The notes under the pieces are model-generated. The model made no database searches. It was not told where the DNA came from and saw only the letters and a program-made list of their open reading frames with translations. From Mobula hypostoma (Eukaryota), in NCBI RefSeq assembly GCF_963921235.1, contig NC_086097.1, positions 169,572,001 to 169,636,000 of the forward strand: a DNA stretch of 64,000 nucleotides. The letters are read 5' to 3'. Positions 1-12,807 of this stretch are shown here, piece by piece; the stretch's first letter is position 1; every line of letters starts with the position of its first letter. The position numbers were made by a program, and so were the translations under genes.

Positions 1-620
1 AAGTGCAATGGAGGCAAGAAATAAGGTGCAAAGCCTCTACTTTCTTAGGAGACTAAAGAAATTTTTCATATGTACGTTGACCCTTACCAATTTTTATCAA
101 TCCACCATAGAAAACATTCTTTCTGGATGCATAATGGCTTGGTATGGCAACTACTTAGTGCATGATTGCAAGAAACTGTAGAGTTGTGGACATTGCTCAG
201 CATGATTTGGAAACCAGCCTCCCCTCTTTCTCACAGCCTCAACCAGCAAAATCAAAGACCACACCCACCCTGGACATTATCTCTTCTCCCTCCTTCCATT
301 GGGCAAAAGATACAAAAGCTTGAAAGTACTTACCACAGGCTCAAGGACAGCTCCTTTCCTGCTATAATAAGATTATTAAAAGGTTTGCTGGTTCGATAAG
401 ATGGAAACTTGACCTCACAATCTACTTTGTTATGATCTTGCACTTTACTGTTCACCTGCTCTGTACTTTCTCTACGGCTGTTACACTTTATTCTGCATTG
501 TTCTTGTTTTACTTTGTTCTATTTCAATACGCTGCATGGTGAATTGAACTGCATGAATGGTGTGAAATTCAAACTTTTAACTGTATCTCAGTACGTGTGA
601 CAAAAATAAACCAATACCAA
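1..620 (+). mobile_element. Rex1/Babar-type LINE 3' fragment (degenerate)
   Basis: Decayed LYFLRRLK.F / WYGN coding remnant and a 3' UTR ending in AATAAA plus short repeats; similar to the other Rex-type copies in this window. Confidence 0.65.
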
Positions 621-624
621 TAAC

Positions 625-850
625 AATGATGAGGTAGATGTGAGGTCAAGAGTCAACCTTATCGTCCGAGAGGTTCATTCTTATAACAGTATGATAGAAA
701 CTGTCCTTTATCTTCTGCCTGATGGGAGGACCTTAGCCGGAGAAGAGAGGGTGGGTCTTTGATAACGTGGCTACTTTCTGAGGCAGTGAGTTGTGTAAGC
801 AGAGTCCACGGAAGGGAGACTGGTTTCCGTGATGTGCTGAACTGTGGTAA
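625..850 (-). mobile_element. Rex1/Babar-type LINE 3' fragment, inverted relative to the preceding copy
   Basis: Reverse complement resembles parts of about 180-425 (aggacag...ttgacctcaca). Confidence 0.55.
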
Positions 851-914
851 AGCCAATGAAAATTTTTTAGTTGGACTCTACTGCTGTTGCCTAGTTGTTT
901 GATGGCACAAATAT

Positions 915-1435
915 TGGTGGTTGGTTGTCGTATCCACGATGCCGGGAAACTTCCGCGGGAGAGTTTTTAAAGTGGAAAAGCCATTGAACTGGGGCAGGTA
1001 CACTCCCTTGACCTCAGAGGTCTGGGTCCAGTGCTACAAGTAGTCATCACAACTGGGGTCTTTCTTGGTTGCAGTAGAGGATCATGACTTCTTCTGTGCC
1101 TCACCATGCCCTTCGTTCTCCACAAAGTGGTGCAAGACTGCCTTCCTGGCCGTTGGATCTCATTGTTGATCTCATGCACCCAGTCCACCAGAGGTGACTT
1201 TGCATTCTAGGACAGACATGTCCCCTTCTCACTTGGGTTTGAGGTCCCCCCACTATCTTCATCTGGTTTAACTTGCCTGTCAAAGCGATGTATTGGTGGC
1301 TGGCCACTGTCACATGGAAGCCTCTGCTTGGAGCCACAGGTGAGAGCTGAGTGTTCAGAGGGGACCAAAATGAACACGGCAAGCTCCTTCACCAGAGGTG
1401 CTACCCCTCCCTGGACACCCATACACCCCACCACA
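915..1435 (-). mobile_element. Short non-autonomous element with an RTE-clade-like 5' head
   Basis: Minus strand begins ...gggtagcacctctggtgaaggagcttgccgtg (resembles RTE/BovB-type 5' UTRs) and ends in CAAC/CCA repeats. A second copy lies at 23330-24890. Confidence 0.5.
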
Positions 1436-1449
1436 AATATTACCTGCTA

Positions 1450-2115
1450 CTTATCAGCCTATGCCTGAAAGTTGTTGAGGTCTTTTCATGCAGACTTTGC
1501 AGCTTTGTTTGCTGATGTGTTGTAAATGGAACTGAACATTGTACAAATGGTGGCAGCCATCACCACTTCTTAGCCTATGATATATGGAATATCATTGATT
1601 AAACGACTGAAGACAGTGGGCCAAAGAACTCCTGCTGTAATATTCTGAGAATGGAACGAATGACATGCAGTCAAGAGAGCCATCTTGATTTGTGAGAAAA
1701 GTGACTCCAACAAATGGTGTATCTTCCTTTTGATGCCTAGTGTTCCTTGATTTTACAATCAGTTAAATGCTGCTTTGTTGTGAGGGGCTGTCACTTTCAC
1801 TTCACCTTTAGGATTCTGTTCTTTGGCCCAAGTTTGGATTAAGGTTGTGTTAAAGGCTTGGGTGGAAAGATCCAGGCAGAACTCAAACTGAGCACTGACA
1901 AATAAATCGTTAATGAATAAGTATTGCTTTATTGTACCCTTGATCACCCCTTTCCTCACTTTGCTGATGATTTAGAGTCAATTTATTGGGCCATGAACAG
2001 GGCATACCTGACAATTTCTCAACGTGTCATATTGATACCACTACTGTAACAATACCGGAACAGCTTGGTTAGTGATGCAGGTGGTTCTGGAGTTCAAATA
2101 TTTAGTCCAATAGCT
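1450..2115 (-). mobile_element. Old degenerate CR1/L2-like LINE fragment
   Basis: Composition and decayed motifs resemble LINE ORF2 on the minus strand; no intact ORF. Confidence 0.35.
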
Positions 2116-2679
2116 GGTTTGAAAGTAATCATCACATGTTTAAATATAAAAGGACAGAAACCACTGTGGTCTGCTTGACATCCCACAAGTTAATTTGTTG
2201 CTGTCAGAAAAATACCCTTTTATATTTAAACAACTTGGATGGAAGAGCTCTCGGTGGTGTTGATTCTGGTGTTATTGTGATTTAGTGGTTCAGGAGTCAA
2301 GAATGACGCATAAAACTTACTGCTTATGGATGTTTCATTAAGTATTACAAGAACAAAGAATGAACAAAGAAAAAGCAGAGAACAAAGAAATTGTGGTCAG
2401 CTCATACAAAAATTAGCTGACTAAAAAGATAAGAATATTCCAGAGATTAAAATTAACCTACAAAATACCAAGCAACCTACAGAAAATCTAAGAAGCTTCT
2501 AGAAAATTTCAGGAGCAGCTGTATTAGTGGAAAGTTCACTGAATGTTTCGTATAAAGTTTACTGTGTTTAGATACAAGCAAGCATAGGAAATTTAAACTA
2601 CAAGAAAAATAATATTTCTATACCCTAATCCAATGTGAAAACAGTTATTCTCACTGCAGGTTGATCCATCAAAATACTG

Positions 2680-2987
2680 TGTTAGGTCTATACAGGTAGG
2701 CCCCTCCCAGTCTCCACCCAGCTAACAAGAGTCACCTGCTACTCATTTCTAACTCATTACCAGGAGTAGATTTAAACCCAGCTCACATCCCCAGTCCTTG
2801 TTCACTCAGTTGAACCAACCAGCTGCTCCCAGCCTCCAGTTACTTTGTTGCCTTGTTGTGTTAACGATCTATTCTCTCTTGACTTGTGGCCCCTCGTGGA
2901 TTATTATTTTGTAGGTTATTATTAAAGTGGTTACTCACTGCTAAACCATCGCTGCTGCTCTGTGTTTCTGTCAAGCCTCCTCTACAT
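2680..2987 (+). mobile_element. Possible solo LTR
   Basis: TG...CA ends with internal CACCTG, TTTAAA and ATTAAA in LTR order; no TSD confirmed. Confidence 0.3.
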
Positions 2988-3644
2988 ATCAAGCTTTAGT
3001 TTGAATGAATATACAGGAACTGCATGCTTTTAGACTGCTTTTCATTGTTGATTTCAGGGAAAAAAATCATCTTCATTAAGTAGGAAAATATTTAAGATAG
3101 CATCCCAATTGTTTCTGCGTTACTTTACAGTTCAAAATACACAAGTGCCATTTTTGATGTGTTAAAATCTCATACTCAGGAAACTCAGAATTCAACACTA
3201 ACTAGAAATAGACATGACCATTGTGGAAGTCTGGTGCTGATTTATTCAAATAAATGTTATTATTTGATAAAAGAAGACGGGAAAGTACAGGCAGTACAGA
3301 GAAATTTCAGGTCATAGAAAAACATTTGCCTGCGAGATAGGCTGCACAAGGTTTAAGAAGAGCTCTTTGTCTTTCGGGGCTTTTTGGTGGGTGTCAGTCT
3401 TTGCAAGTACTCACTTGTGGGAGAGGTACTGCAAGTTTAATAAGAGTTGGGGCCTTGTGTGACTTTTCAGCGGGCTTCAAACATAACGATCTATTAAGCA
3501 TTTGGCAAAGGTCATTAAACAGAAGCGAGGTTTAAGTGGAGTGGCCAGTGTGACAAATATTCACAAAAAGCTACCATTTATGAGTGGGTGCAGTAAGAGT
3601 CCTAAAATGTTGACCAGAGAGCGCAAAGAACAATTGCTGGGATC

Positions 3645-3810
3645 ACAAACAAAAGAAAATCTGCAGATGCTGGAAATCCGAGCAACACACTCAAAGTGCT
3701 GGAGGAATTCAGCTGGCCAGGCAGCATCTATGGGGGGAAAAAAAAGTACAGTTGAAGTTTTGGCCTGGCCTGCTGAGTTCCTCCAGCGTTTTGTGTGTAA
3801 TTGCTGGAAT
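3645..3810. repeat. Inverted pair of Penelope tail fragments
   Basis: aaatctgcagatgctgga...gctggaggaattcagctggccaggc followed by its approximate reverse complement gcctggcctgctgagttcctccagc. Confidence 0.6.
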
Positions 3811-3816
3811 CAAATG

Positions 3817-4185
3817 TGTAATGTGCGGGGGAAGGGTGACCAGGATGTTAGGTGACCAAGATAATGTCTGTGTAGACCTGAGCATGTCATGCCCAAGGCA
3901 ATGGTCATGTGATGGGTCAGCCTGGACAAAGGATTGACCCAGGTAGGGATGAGGAGAAGTGACCAGGGTATAAAAGAATGAGCACACTGGTGATGAGGGC
4001 TGCTGGATTTGGGCTCACCACAGTTTGGGTCGTGACTGACACTCTGAACTGATTGGAACAGGGCACTTCAGTTAAGTGGGCTCAGGCATGCTTCTGAGAG
4101 AAGTAGTACTTGTTGTAACTTCGCAGTAAAGTGCGTTGTGTATAGCATTGTGTGTGCAAGGCTATTTCTATAGGATCTGCGAACA
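3817..4185 (+). mobile_element. Possible solo LTR
   Basis: TGTAATG...GAACA ends, short internal direct repeats (gtgacc), TATAAAA at about 3969 and AGTAAA at about 4125; no TSD found. Confidence 0.35.
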
Positions 4186-4493
4186 GTACTTAACTTTTGG
4201 CAGAACAGTAGGCCAGTGTTAGTGGTCAGGCTTTGGCTCACTTAGGTGAGGAGAGGTGAAGGTTATAGAGCCAGAGTTTAGTAAGTTTTTTTTTATTAGT
4301 ACATAGCTAGTGCAATGAGAATGGGTCCAGTGTTAATGGCATGTTCTTTGTGTGAGATGTGGGAACTCTAGGAGACTTCCAATCTCTCTGATAACTCCAA
4401 CTGCAAGAGGTGCATTGAGCTGCAGTTCCTTGCAATTTGCGTTTGGGTACTGGAAATGAAGCTGTATGATCTTCGGCTCATATGGGAGAATGA

Positions 4494-6341
4494 GTAGTAG
4501 AGTACAGCAACTAGGACTTGATGTTTCAATCCCTACGGTAAGTCAGCATTCTCGATGTTGGCAGTGAGCTTGGGGCGGTGACAAGGAGGGTAGGTATGTC
4601 ATTGGGGTCATCAGGTGGGCACCTTCCTTCTTTGACATTTCGTTGATAAGCCCACGACGTCTCCAGAGGGCTCAACGGTGCTACCTGGCGTCCCAGATAC
4701 ACCCCCCTCAGTTCCATACCCTCCTGTCTTCATCTTGCAGCCCAGTTGTTGTGTTTCCTTTTAATCCAAATCCAATTGCTGCTTTCTTCTGCTGCATTTG
4801 ACAAGGACTTGATGGCTTGTTGGAGGGAGTGACCCCTCACCCCCAACTTCTTCAATAGACTGGTCGTAGATGTAGCAACGAATCCCCTGCATCCCACTTC
4901 TACAGGGAAAATCTTGGTCTTCCAGCCACTCTGGGCAGCTTCAGTTGCCGGTTCAGAGTACTTGGTCTTTTTCCTCTCATAAGCTTCTTCGACACCATCT
5001 TCCCATGGTACTGTCAATTCCACAACACCACAGGACCATGTCTGGACTGAGTGTTGTAGCCGCAATGTCTGGGGGAAACACAAGCTTTTTTTTCCCGAAG
5101 TCCATGTCCATTTTCCAATCCTGAGCAACCTGCAGAATGCTTACATCTTTTGCTGTTATATGGTGCTCTGGAGGTTGGCCTGCTGGCACAAATCGTGTGA
5201 CGTGGACATTTCCTGCCGATGTTTGTGGGAGAGCATTTGTGGTGATTCGCCTCTGTTCGAAGATTGATACTAGCTGTCTGAGAACTTGGTTATGCTGCCA
5301 AGTGTACCGCCCCTGGGTGAGGCTTGTGGTGCATCCAGTTAAAATGTACCATAGTGATCCAGGTGCTTGACAAAGAGAGCAAGCGGGGTCTTCTCCCCAC
5401 CACTGGTTCAGGTTCTGGGGTGTGGGTAGGCGGTCATAAGTGGCTCTGATGACAAAACTTAGTCGAGATCCCTCTATCTCTCAGATGTCACGCCAGCTAA
5501 GTTTCCTCTTTTCCAGGCTCTCCCAATTAGTCCATTGGCCCTGCTTGGCCATTGAGACGGCCCTGGTGTTTCGCTCTGACTTCTCCTGTTTTCTCAACTC
5601 CTCCACCCGGAGCCATCTCTTCTGCACTGATGTTGCCTTGTGCCACTGAGGAGCTCTTGGGATGAGCCCAGCTCTCCTACGTTGGACTTGGCCAACCACA
5701 TCCCTGAAGCGAACAGCAGACTTAGCACTCTGAACGGCTTCAGATGGGGTCCACTTCCTCCCCGTTACCACATGGGGGGGAGGGGCCACTGTTCAAATAA
5801 CAGTATCCTCAGATTCAGTGAGGGTCATGACCAACCTTGCTTTGGTGCATTTGAATTCTTCCACAAGACTCGCAATTGGTAATTCCAATTTGCTGTTCCC
5901 GTACAGTCCAACAGGACTTAAGCATCGCAGAAGTCCAAGCCACTGTTTTACACGTGTGCTGATCATTGCTGATGGGGATTTCATACACTGTTGAAGGCCA
6001 CATGGGTCTTGGGAGTATGCTGAACTGGAAGCACCACAGCTTGAGTTTTCCTGGCAGCCAGGTCTTGTTGATGTGAGCTATGAACATGATGGTATCCCTT
6101 TTTAGTTGTGTACACTGCTCAGTGTCCTTGAGCTTAGCATCATACCATCAGCCTAAGCTCTTCACTGGCATTTCTGAAACAGTTGGGACAGGTGTTCTGT
6201 CAATACGAAATCTTTTATCGATGACTTGACCTTTGACAACGGAGATGTTCCTGCACTTGCTGGGCTTGATCTTCATCTTCGCCCATGTGATGTTTTGATG
6301 AAGCTTTTCCAGAAGGCTCTTGGTGCAGGGGACAGTTGTCG
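4494..6341 (-). mobile_element. 5'-truncated HERO-like (R2/NeSL-group, RLE-encoding) non-LTR retrotransposon, frameshifted
   Basis: Minus-strand peptides VVTGRKW..AV, zinc knuckle CSLC...(Y)ILTGC...GRYTWQHNQVL, and RLE motif PDMVLW...VELTVPWEDGVEEAYERKKTKY...PVEVGCRGF. Confidence 0.8.
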
Positions 6342-9300
6342 GAGGTATAGTAGGAGCTACAGGGAGGAGTCACTTTTAAGGTGCAGGAAGCAGGTAGCTG
6401 GATGACTGTTGGGAGAGTAAAAGGGAATAGGCAGCCAGTGTCTATGATGGCATTCCCCTCAAGCTGCATTGACTCTGTGGCACTGAGTCTGGTGCTGTGA
6501 CTCAGAAAAGAAGGGAGGAAAAGAGGAACGTAGTAGTGATCGGGAATTCCATAGTTAAAGGAGCAGACAGAAGATTCTGTGGGTGTGAAAGAGTCACCGA
6601 TTGGTGTATTGCCTCCCAGGTGCCAGGGTCAGGGATGTCTTGGATCAGCTCCACTGTATTCAAAGGGGGAGGGTGAATAGATTGAAGTTGTCATACATAT
6701 TGGTATTAACGACAGAGGAAGGAAAAAGGTCTTGAAGAGAGAATATAGGGGGTTAGGTAGAAAGCTGAAAAGCAAGACCTTAAAGGTAGTAATTGCTGGA
6801 TTGCTGCTTGTGCCTGTACCTGTGTCAGTGAGGATAAGAATAGTATGATTCGGCAGATGAAAGCGTGGCTGAGGAATTGGTGCAGGAGCAGGGTGCAGTG
6901 AGGATTGTTTCAAATTGATGACTTGTAAGCAATAGTGTGCCACAGGGATCAGTGCTAGATTGCCTAATGTGTGATATATATGTATCTTAATGGTGAGGAC
7001 ATAGGTGGCGTGATTAAAACATTTGTGGATGGCACTAAAATTGGTGGTGTGATGTACAGTGAAGAAGGTTGTCAAAGGTTCCAATAGAATTTCAATCAAC
7101 TGGGATAGTGGACAAAGGAATGGAAAATAGAATTTAACTTAAACAAGTGCAAAGTGGAATTCATTTTTGGAAGTTAAACCAGGCACGGACATAAACAGGA
7201 TATCAAAGGGTCCAGGGGAGTGATGTAGGATTGAAAACCCTAGTGGCATAAATTGCATGCTTCCTTGAAAGTGGTGATACTGATGGACAAGGTGATGAAG
7301 AAGGCTTATGGTACACTTTGATCGGATGGGGCATTGAGTAAAAGAGTTGGGATGTCATATTACAACTGTACACATGGTGAAGGTTGAACTGGACAATAGA
7401 CTATAAGATATAAAAGCAGAAGTAGGCCATTCGGCCCATTGAATCTGCTCCGCCATTCAATCATGGGCTGATCCAATTCTTCCGGCCATCCCCACTCCCC
7501 TGCCTTCTCCCTATATCCTTTGATGTCCTGGCTAATCAAGAACCTTTCTATCTCTGCCTTAAATGCACCCAATGGCTTGGCCTCCACAGCCGGACGTGGC
7601 AACAAATTCCACAGATTTACCACCCTCTGACTAAAGTAATTTCTCCACATCTCTGTTCTAAGTGGACGTCCTTCAATCCTGAAGTCGTGCCTTCTTGTCC
7701 GAGACTCCCCTACCATGGGAAATAACTTTGCCATATCTAATCTGTTCAGGCCTTTTACCATTTGGAATGTTTCTATGAGATCCCCCCTCATTTTCTTGAA
7801 CTCCAGGAAATACAGCCCAAGAGCTGCCAGATGATTCTCATACAGTAACACTTTCATTCCTGCAATCATTCTTGTGAATTTTCTCTGAATCCGCTCTGAT
7901 GTCAGTATATCCGTTCTAAAATAAGGATCCCAAAACTGCACACAATATTCCAAGTGTGATCTCATGAGTGCCTTACAGAGCCTCAACATCACATCCCTGC
8001 TGTTATATTCTATACCCCTAGAAATGAATGCCAATATTGCATTCACCTTCTTTATCACTGACTCAATCTGAAGGTTAACCTTTAGTATATCCTGTACAAG
8101 GACTCCCAAGTCCCTTTGCATCTCTGCATTTTGAATTCTCCCCCTTCTAAATAATAGTCTGCCTGTTTAAGTCTCTCTGCAGGCTCTCTGTTTCCACAAA
8201 ACTACCTGCTCCTCCACCTATCTTTGTATCATCAGCAAATTTAGCCACAAATCCTTTAATCCCATCGTCCAAATCATTGACATACATCGTAGAAAGCAAT
8301 GGTCCCAACACCAACCCCTGTGGAACTCCACTCGTAACCGGCAGCCAGCCAGAATAGGATTCCTTTATTCCCATGCTCTGTTTTCTGCCGATCAGCCAAT
8401 ACTCCAGCCATACTTGTAACTCTCCTGTAATTCCATGGCTCTTATCTTGCTAAGCAGCCTCATGTGCAGCATCGTGTCAAAGGCCTTCTGAAAATCCAAG
8501 TACACCACATCTACTGCATCTCCTTTGTCTACCCTGCTTGTAATTTCCTCAAAATACAGGTTTCCCCCGCCATCCGAAGGTAGAGCATTCCTATGAAACG
8601 GTTCATAAGCCGGAATGTTGTAAAGCGAAGAAGCAATTACCATTTATTTATATGGGAAAAATTTGTGAGCTTTCGCAGACCCAAAAATAACCTACCAAAT
8701 CATGCCAAATAACACATAAAACCTAATATAACAGTAACATACAGTAAAAGCAGGAATGATATGATAAATACACAGCCTATATAAAGTAGAAATACTTCTC
8801 TACAACGATTGTCTGCACAGATCTCCATAGCGAAAATCTCACGCAAGTGCTGTTGGCAAAAACACTCTCTCCAATAACCTTTAAACTATGAAGCTGCCAA
8901 ATCATACCAAATAACATAAAAATACACAGCCTATATAAAGTAGAAATAATGTATGTACAGTGTAGTATCAGTTACTGGAATTGGGACAGTGCCGAGCACA
9001 CTGATGATGGTTTGTTAGGCTGAGTCGTCGCAGGTTGGGGTGGTGCAGTGGTCCCCACCCTCTGGGCCGCCGACTGATACGGATCCGCGAAGCATGCAGG
9101 GGTCCAGCAGTAGCCGGGACACATCCAGCAAATCTTTAAGAAAAAAGCCAAAATAAACAGTCGCTGCAATCGCCTCTGATCTGGGCCGACATTTACGTGC
9201 CGAGTGGCACCTAATTAATTAGTATCTTTATTTCGGCTTTTTTCTTAAAGATGTGCTGGGTGCCTCCCGGCTACCACTGCATTCTTCGCGAATCGGTATC

Positions 9301-9732
9301 TGTTCGCGGCCTGGGGATTGGGGTGGTGGGACATGGGGGTGTCATCTCATTGTCGATCAGGGCAGGCAGCTCATCTTCTCCTATGACTGCCTGCCTCAAT
9401 GTCAAAGGTCGAGGTTCGTCATCTGCTGTGGCTGATGTGGAAGGCTTGCTTGACTGCTGAGCCTCACGCATTTTTCTATCACACAGTTCTTTGTAAGCAC
9501 TCAAACCATCCTACAAATATGCCCTAAACCGACGTACCCTTTCAAAATTAAAGTTGTAATTTATCATTGCAGCGAAAATCTCACGCAGGTGCTTCACATT
9601 CAGTTTCTGGACGACGGTCCATTTACTGCTGTATTCAGTTTCAATTTTTATCCTTTCCTCTTGCAATTGCATCGGCTCTTCATCTATCAGTTCTTGGCCA
9701 TGGGACACCAAAACCTCTTCAACATCATCTTC

Positions 9733-10328
9733 ATAAAAGTTGCTGGTGAACGCAGCAGGCCAGGCAGCATCTCTAGGAAGAGGTGCAGTCCACGTTTCAG
9801 GCCGAGACCCTTCGTCAGGACTAACTGAAGGAAGAGTGAGTAAGGGATTTGAAAGTTGGAGGGGGAGGGGGAGATCCAAATTGATAGGAGAAGACAGGAG
9901 GGGGAGGGATGGAGCCAAGAGCTGGACAGGTGATTGGCAAAAGGGATATGAGAGGATCATGGGACAGGAGGTCCGGGAAGAAAGACAAGGGTGGGGGGGA
10001 CCCAGAGGATGGACGAGGGGTATATTCAGAGGGACAGAGGGAGAAAAAGGAGAGTGAGAGAAAGAATGTGTGTATAAAAATAAGTAACAGATGGGGTACG
10101 AGGGGGAGGTGGGGCATTAGCGGAAGTTAGAGAAGTCGATGTTCATGCCATCAGGTTGGAGGCTACCCAGACGGAATATAAGGTGTTGTTCCTCCAACCT
10201 GAGTGTGGCTTCATCTTTACAGTAGAGGAGGCCATGGATAGACATGTCAGAATGGGAATGGGATGTGGAATTAAAATGTGTGGCCACTGGGAGATCCTGC
10301 TTTCTCTGGCGGACAGAGCATAGGTGTT
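9733..10328 (-). mobile_element. Penelope-like element 3' fragment with hammerhead-bearing tail
   Basis: Nearly identical to the reverse complement of about 62490-63095; encodes the C-terminal end of GIY-YIG (LEEQHLIFRLGSLQPDGMN). Confidence 0.85.
9787..9822 (-). ncRNA. Minimal type-I hammerhead ribozyme motif (likely inactive, GUG triplet)
   Basis: Minus strand reads AGTC CTGACGA AGGGTCTCGGCCT GAAAC GTG GACT. Confidence 0.6.
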
Positions 10329-11791
10329 CCTGTTGTCAACCTCATCTTCGTCAACTTCCACAAGCCAAACTCACTTTGTCCTTACTTCGTTCACCACGAT
10401 CGAAACGCTTAATTATGTCTAGTTTTAGCTAAGTGTAACACTCTTACGAGCTCTTTCAGGCTTTTCCGATACCTTGGAACTCATCTTGCTAACGGATGCT
10501 CACAGGCACGTGTTTAAGCAATGCCAGCGAGAATGCCGTTCCGAATCCGGGGGAGAGCGGCTGCTCGGGGCGCGCGCTGCTTTTTTTTTCATGCGCTGCT
10601 TTTTCTCGTAACAGTGAAAACACCTGTTAGCGAAAACAGGGATCTAATGTAGGTCTTTCGTAACAGTGAGGTTTCGTAAAGCGAACGTTTGAAAAGCGGG
10701 GGACACCTGTATTGCAGTAGGTTGGTCAGGCAGGATTTTCCTTTCAGGAAACTATGCTGGCTTTGGCCTATCTAGTTACGTGCCTCCAGGTACTCCATAA
10801 TCTCATCCTTAACAATCGATTCCAACAACTTTCCAATCACTGATGTCAGGCTAACAGTTCTATAGTTTCCTTTCTGTTGCCTCCCACCCTTCCTAAATAG
10901 CGGAGTAACATTTGCAATTTTCCAGTCATCTGGTACAATGCCAGAATCTATCGATTCTTGAAAGATCATTATTAATGCCTCCACAATCTCTGCACCTACT
11001 TCCTTCAAAACCAGAGGGTGCATTCCATCAGGTCCAGGAGATTTATCCACTCTCAGACCATTAAGCGTCCTGAGCACCTTCTCAGTCGTAATTTTCACTG
11101 CACATACTTCACTTCCCTGACACTCTTGAATGTCTGGTACACTGCAGATGTCTTCCACTGTGAAGACTGATGCAAAATATGCATTCAGTTCATCTGCCAT
11201 CTCTGCATCTCTCATTACAATATTTCCAGCATCATTTTCTATTGGTCCAGTATTTACCCTCAACTCTCTTTTATCCTTTATATGCCTACTTTTAGTATCT
11301 ACTTTGATATTAGTCACTAGCTTCCTTTCATAATTCATATTTTCCTCCCTGCTGACCTTCTTAGTTTCCTTCTGCAGGTTTTTAAAAGGTTCCCAATCCT
11401 CTATCTTCCCTCTAACTTTGGCTTCCTTGTATGCCCTCTCTTTTGCTTTTACTTTGGCTCTGACTTCATTTGTCAGCCACGCCAGTGTCCTCTTCCATTC
11501 GAAAATTTCTTCCTATTTGGTATATATCTGTCTTGCATGTCCCTTATTTTTCGCAGAAACTCCAGCCATTGCTGCTGTGCTGTCCTTCAAGTTGGTGTCC
11601 CTTTCCAGTCAACTTTGACCAGTTCCCCTCATGCCATTGTAATTTCCTTTATTCCACTGAAATCTGACACATTGGAATTTAGATTCTCCTTCTCAAATTT
11701 CAAAGTGAACTCGATCATATTGTGATCACTATTCCCTCAGGGTTCCTTAACCTTAAGCTCTTTTATCACCTCCGGATCATTGCATAACACC

Positions 11792-12105
11792 AGGACCACA
11801 TAACATCGGGAGCTTGAAAACTTGGACTGCCAGATTTAGGAACAGTTTCTTTCCAACTGTGATAAGACTGCTGAACAGATCTTGACCCAGACCTGGGCTG
11901 TACCCTCCAAATATCTGGACCTGCCTCTCGTTTTTTTTGCACTACCCTACTTTCCCTTTTCTATTTTCTATTTATGATTTATTATTTAAATTTTTAATAT
12001 TTACTATCGATTTGTACTCCAGGGAGCGCGAAGTGCAGAATCAAATATCACTGTGATGATTGTACGCTCTATTATCAATTGTTTGGCGACAATGAAGTAT
12101 AAAGT
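11792..12105 (+). mobile_element. Short LINE 3'-end insertion (Rex-type) inside CR1
   Basis: RFRNSFFP remnant, AAGTAT tail, and 8-bp TSD ATAACACC (11784-11791 / 12106-12113). Confidence 0.7.
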
Positions 12106-12653
12106 ATAACACCCAATCCAGCACAGCTGATCCCCTAGTGGGCTCAACAACAAGCTGTTCTAAAAAGCCATTCCTTAGACATTCGACAAATTCTCTCTCT
12201 TGAGGTGCAGAACTGGCCTGGTTTTTCCAATCCACTTTCATGTTAAAATCCCCAACGATTATCATGACATTGCCCCTCTGACATGCCTTTTCTATCTCCT
12301 GCTGTAATTTGTAATCCACATCCCGACTGCTGTTTGGTGGCCTGTATACAACTGCTATTAGGGTCCTTTTACCCTTACCATTCTTAACTCAACCTATAGA
12401 GACTCTACACCTTCCAATCCTATGTCATCCCTTTCTAATGATTTAATATTATTTCCTATACACAGGGGCACACCACCCCCTCTGCCTACTAACCTATCAT
12501 TCTGAAACACTGTATATACTTGGATGTTCAGCTCCCAATGGCAGACATCCTGTTTAGCCAAGTTTCAGAGATGGCTACAATGTCATACTTGCCAATCTGT
12601 AGCTGAATTTCAAGATTGTCCATTTTATTTCTTATGCTGTGTGCATTCAAGTA

Positions 12654-12807
12654 CAGGTCAACCTTCACTAATCTGGCACCATTGGGACCGGAGAAGTGCT
12701 GGATTTGTGAAAATGCTGAATTACAGAAGGATCACATTAAGTATAATCAGTGCCGGATTATCGAAGGAACCGGTTTACAGGTAGTCGGATCAGTGAAGGT
12801 CGACCTG
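12654..12807. mobile_element. 154-bp MITE (Tc1/mariner-Tigger type)
   Basis: 20-bp TIRs CAGGTCAACCTTCACTAATC / GATCAGTGAAGGTCGACCTG (2 mismatches), with TA on both sides. Confidence 0.85.

Larger units (their letters stand above)
8557..10709 (-). mobile_element. Non-autonomous Tigger/pogo-like (Tc1/mariner) DNA transposon
   Basis: Imperfect TIRs CAGGTTTCCCCCGC / GCGGGGGACACCTG, TA duplications at 8555-8556 and 10710-10711, and an acidic Tigger-type C-terminal remnant (EDDVEEVLVSHGQELIDEE). Confidence 0.8.

Noticed and set aside
8690..8950. Direct repeats (aaatacacagcctatataaagtagaaata) as an array or CRISPR-like locus
   Set aside because: Only two units, also present in the second Tigger-like copy (about 25960-26146); this is internal transposon structure in a eukaryotic genome.
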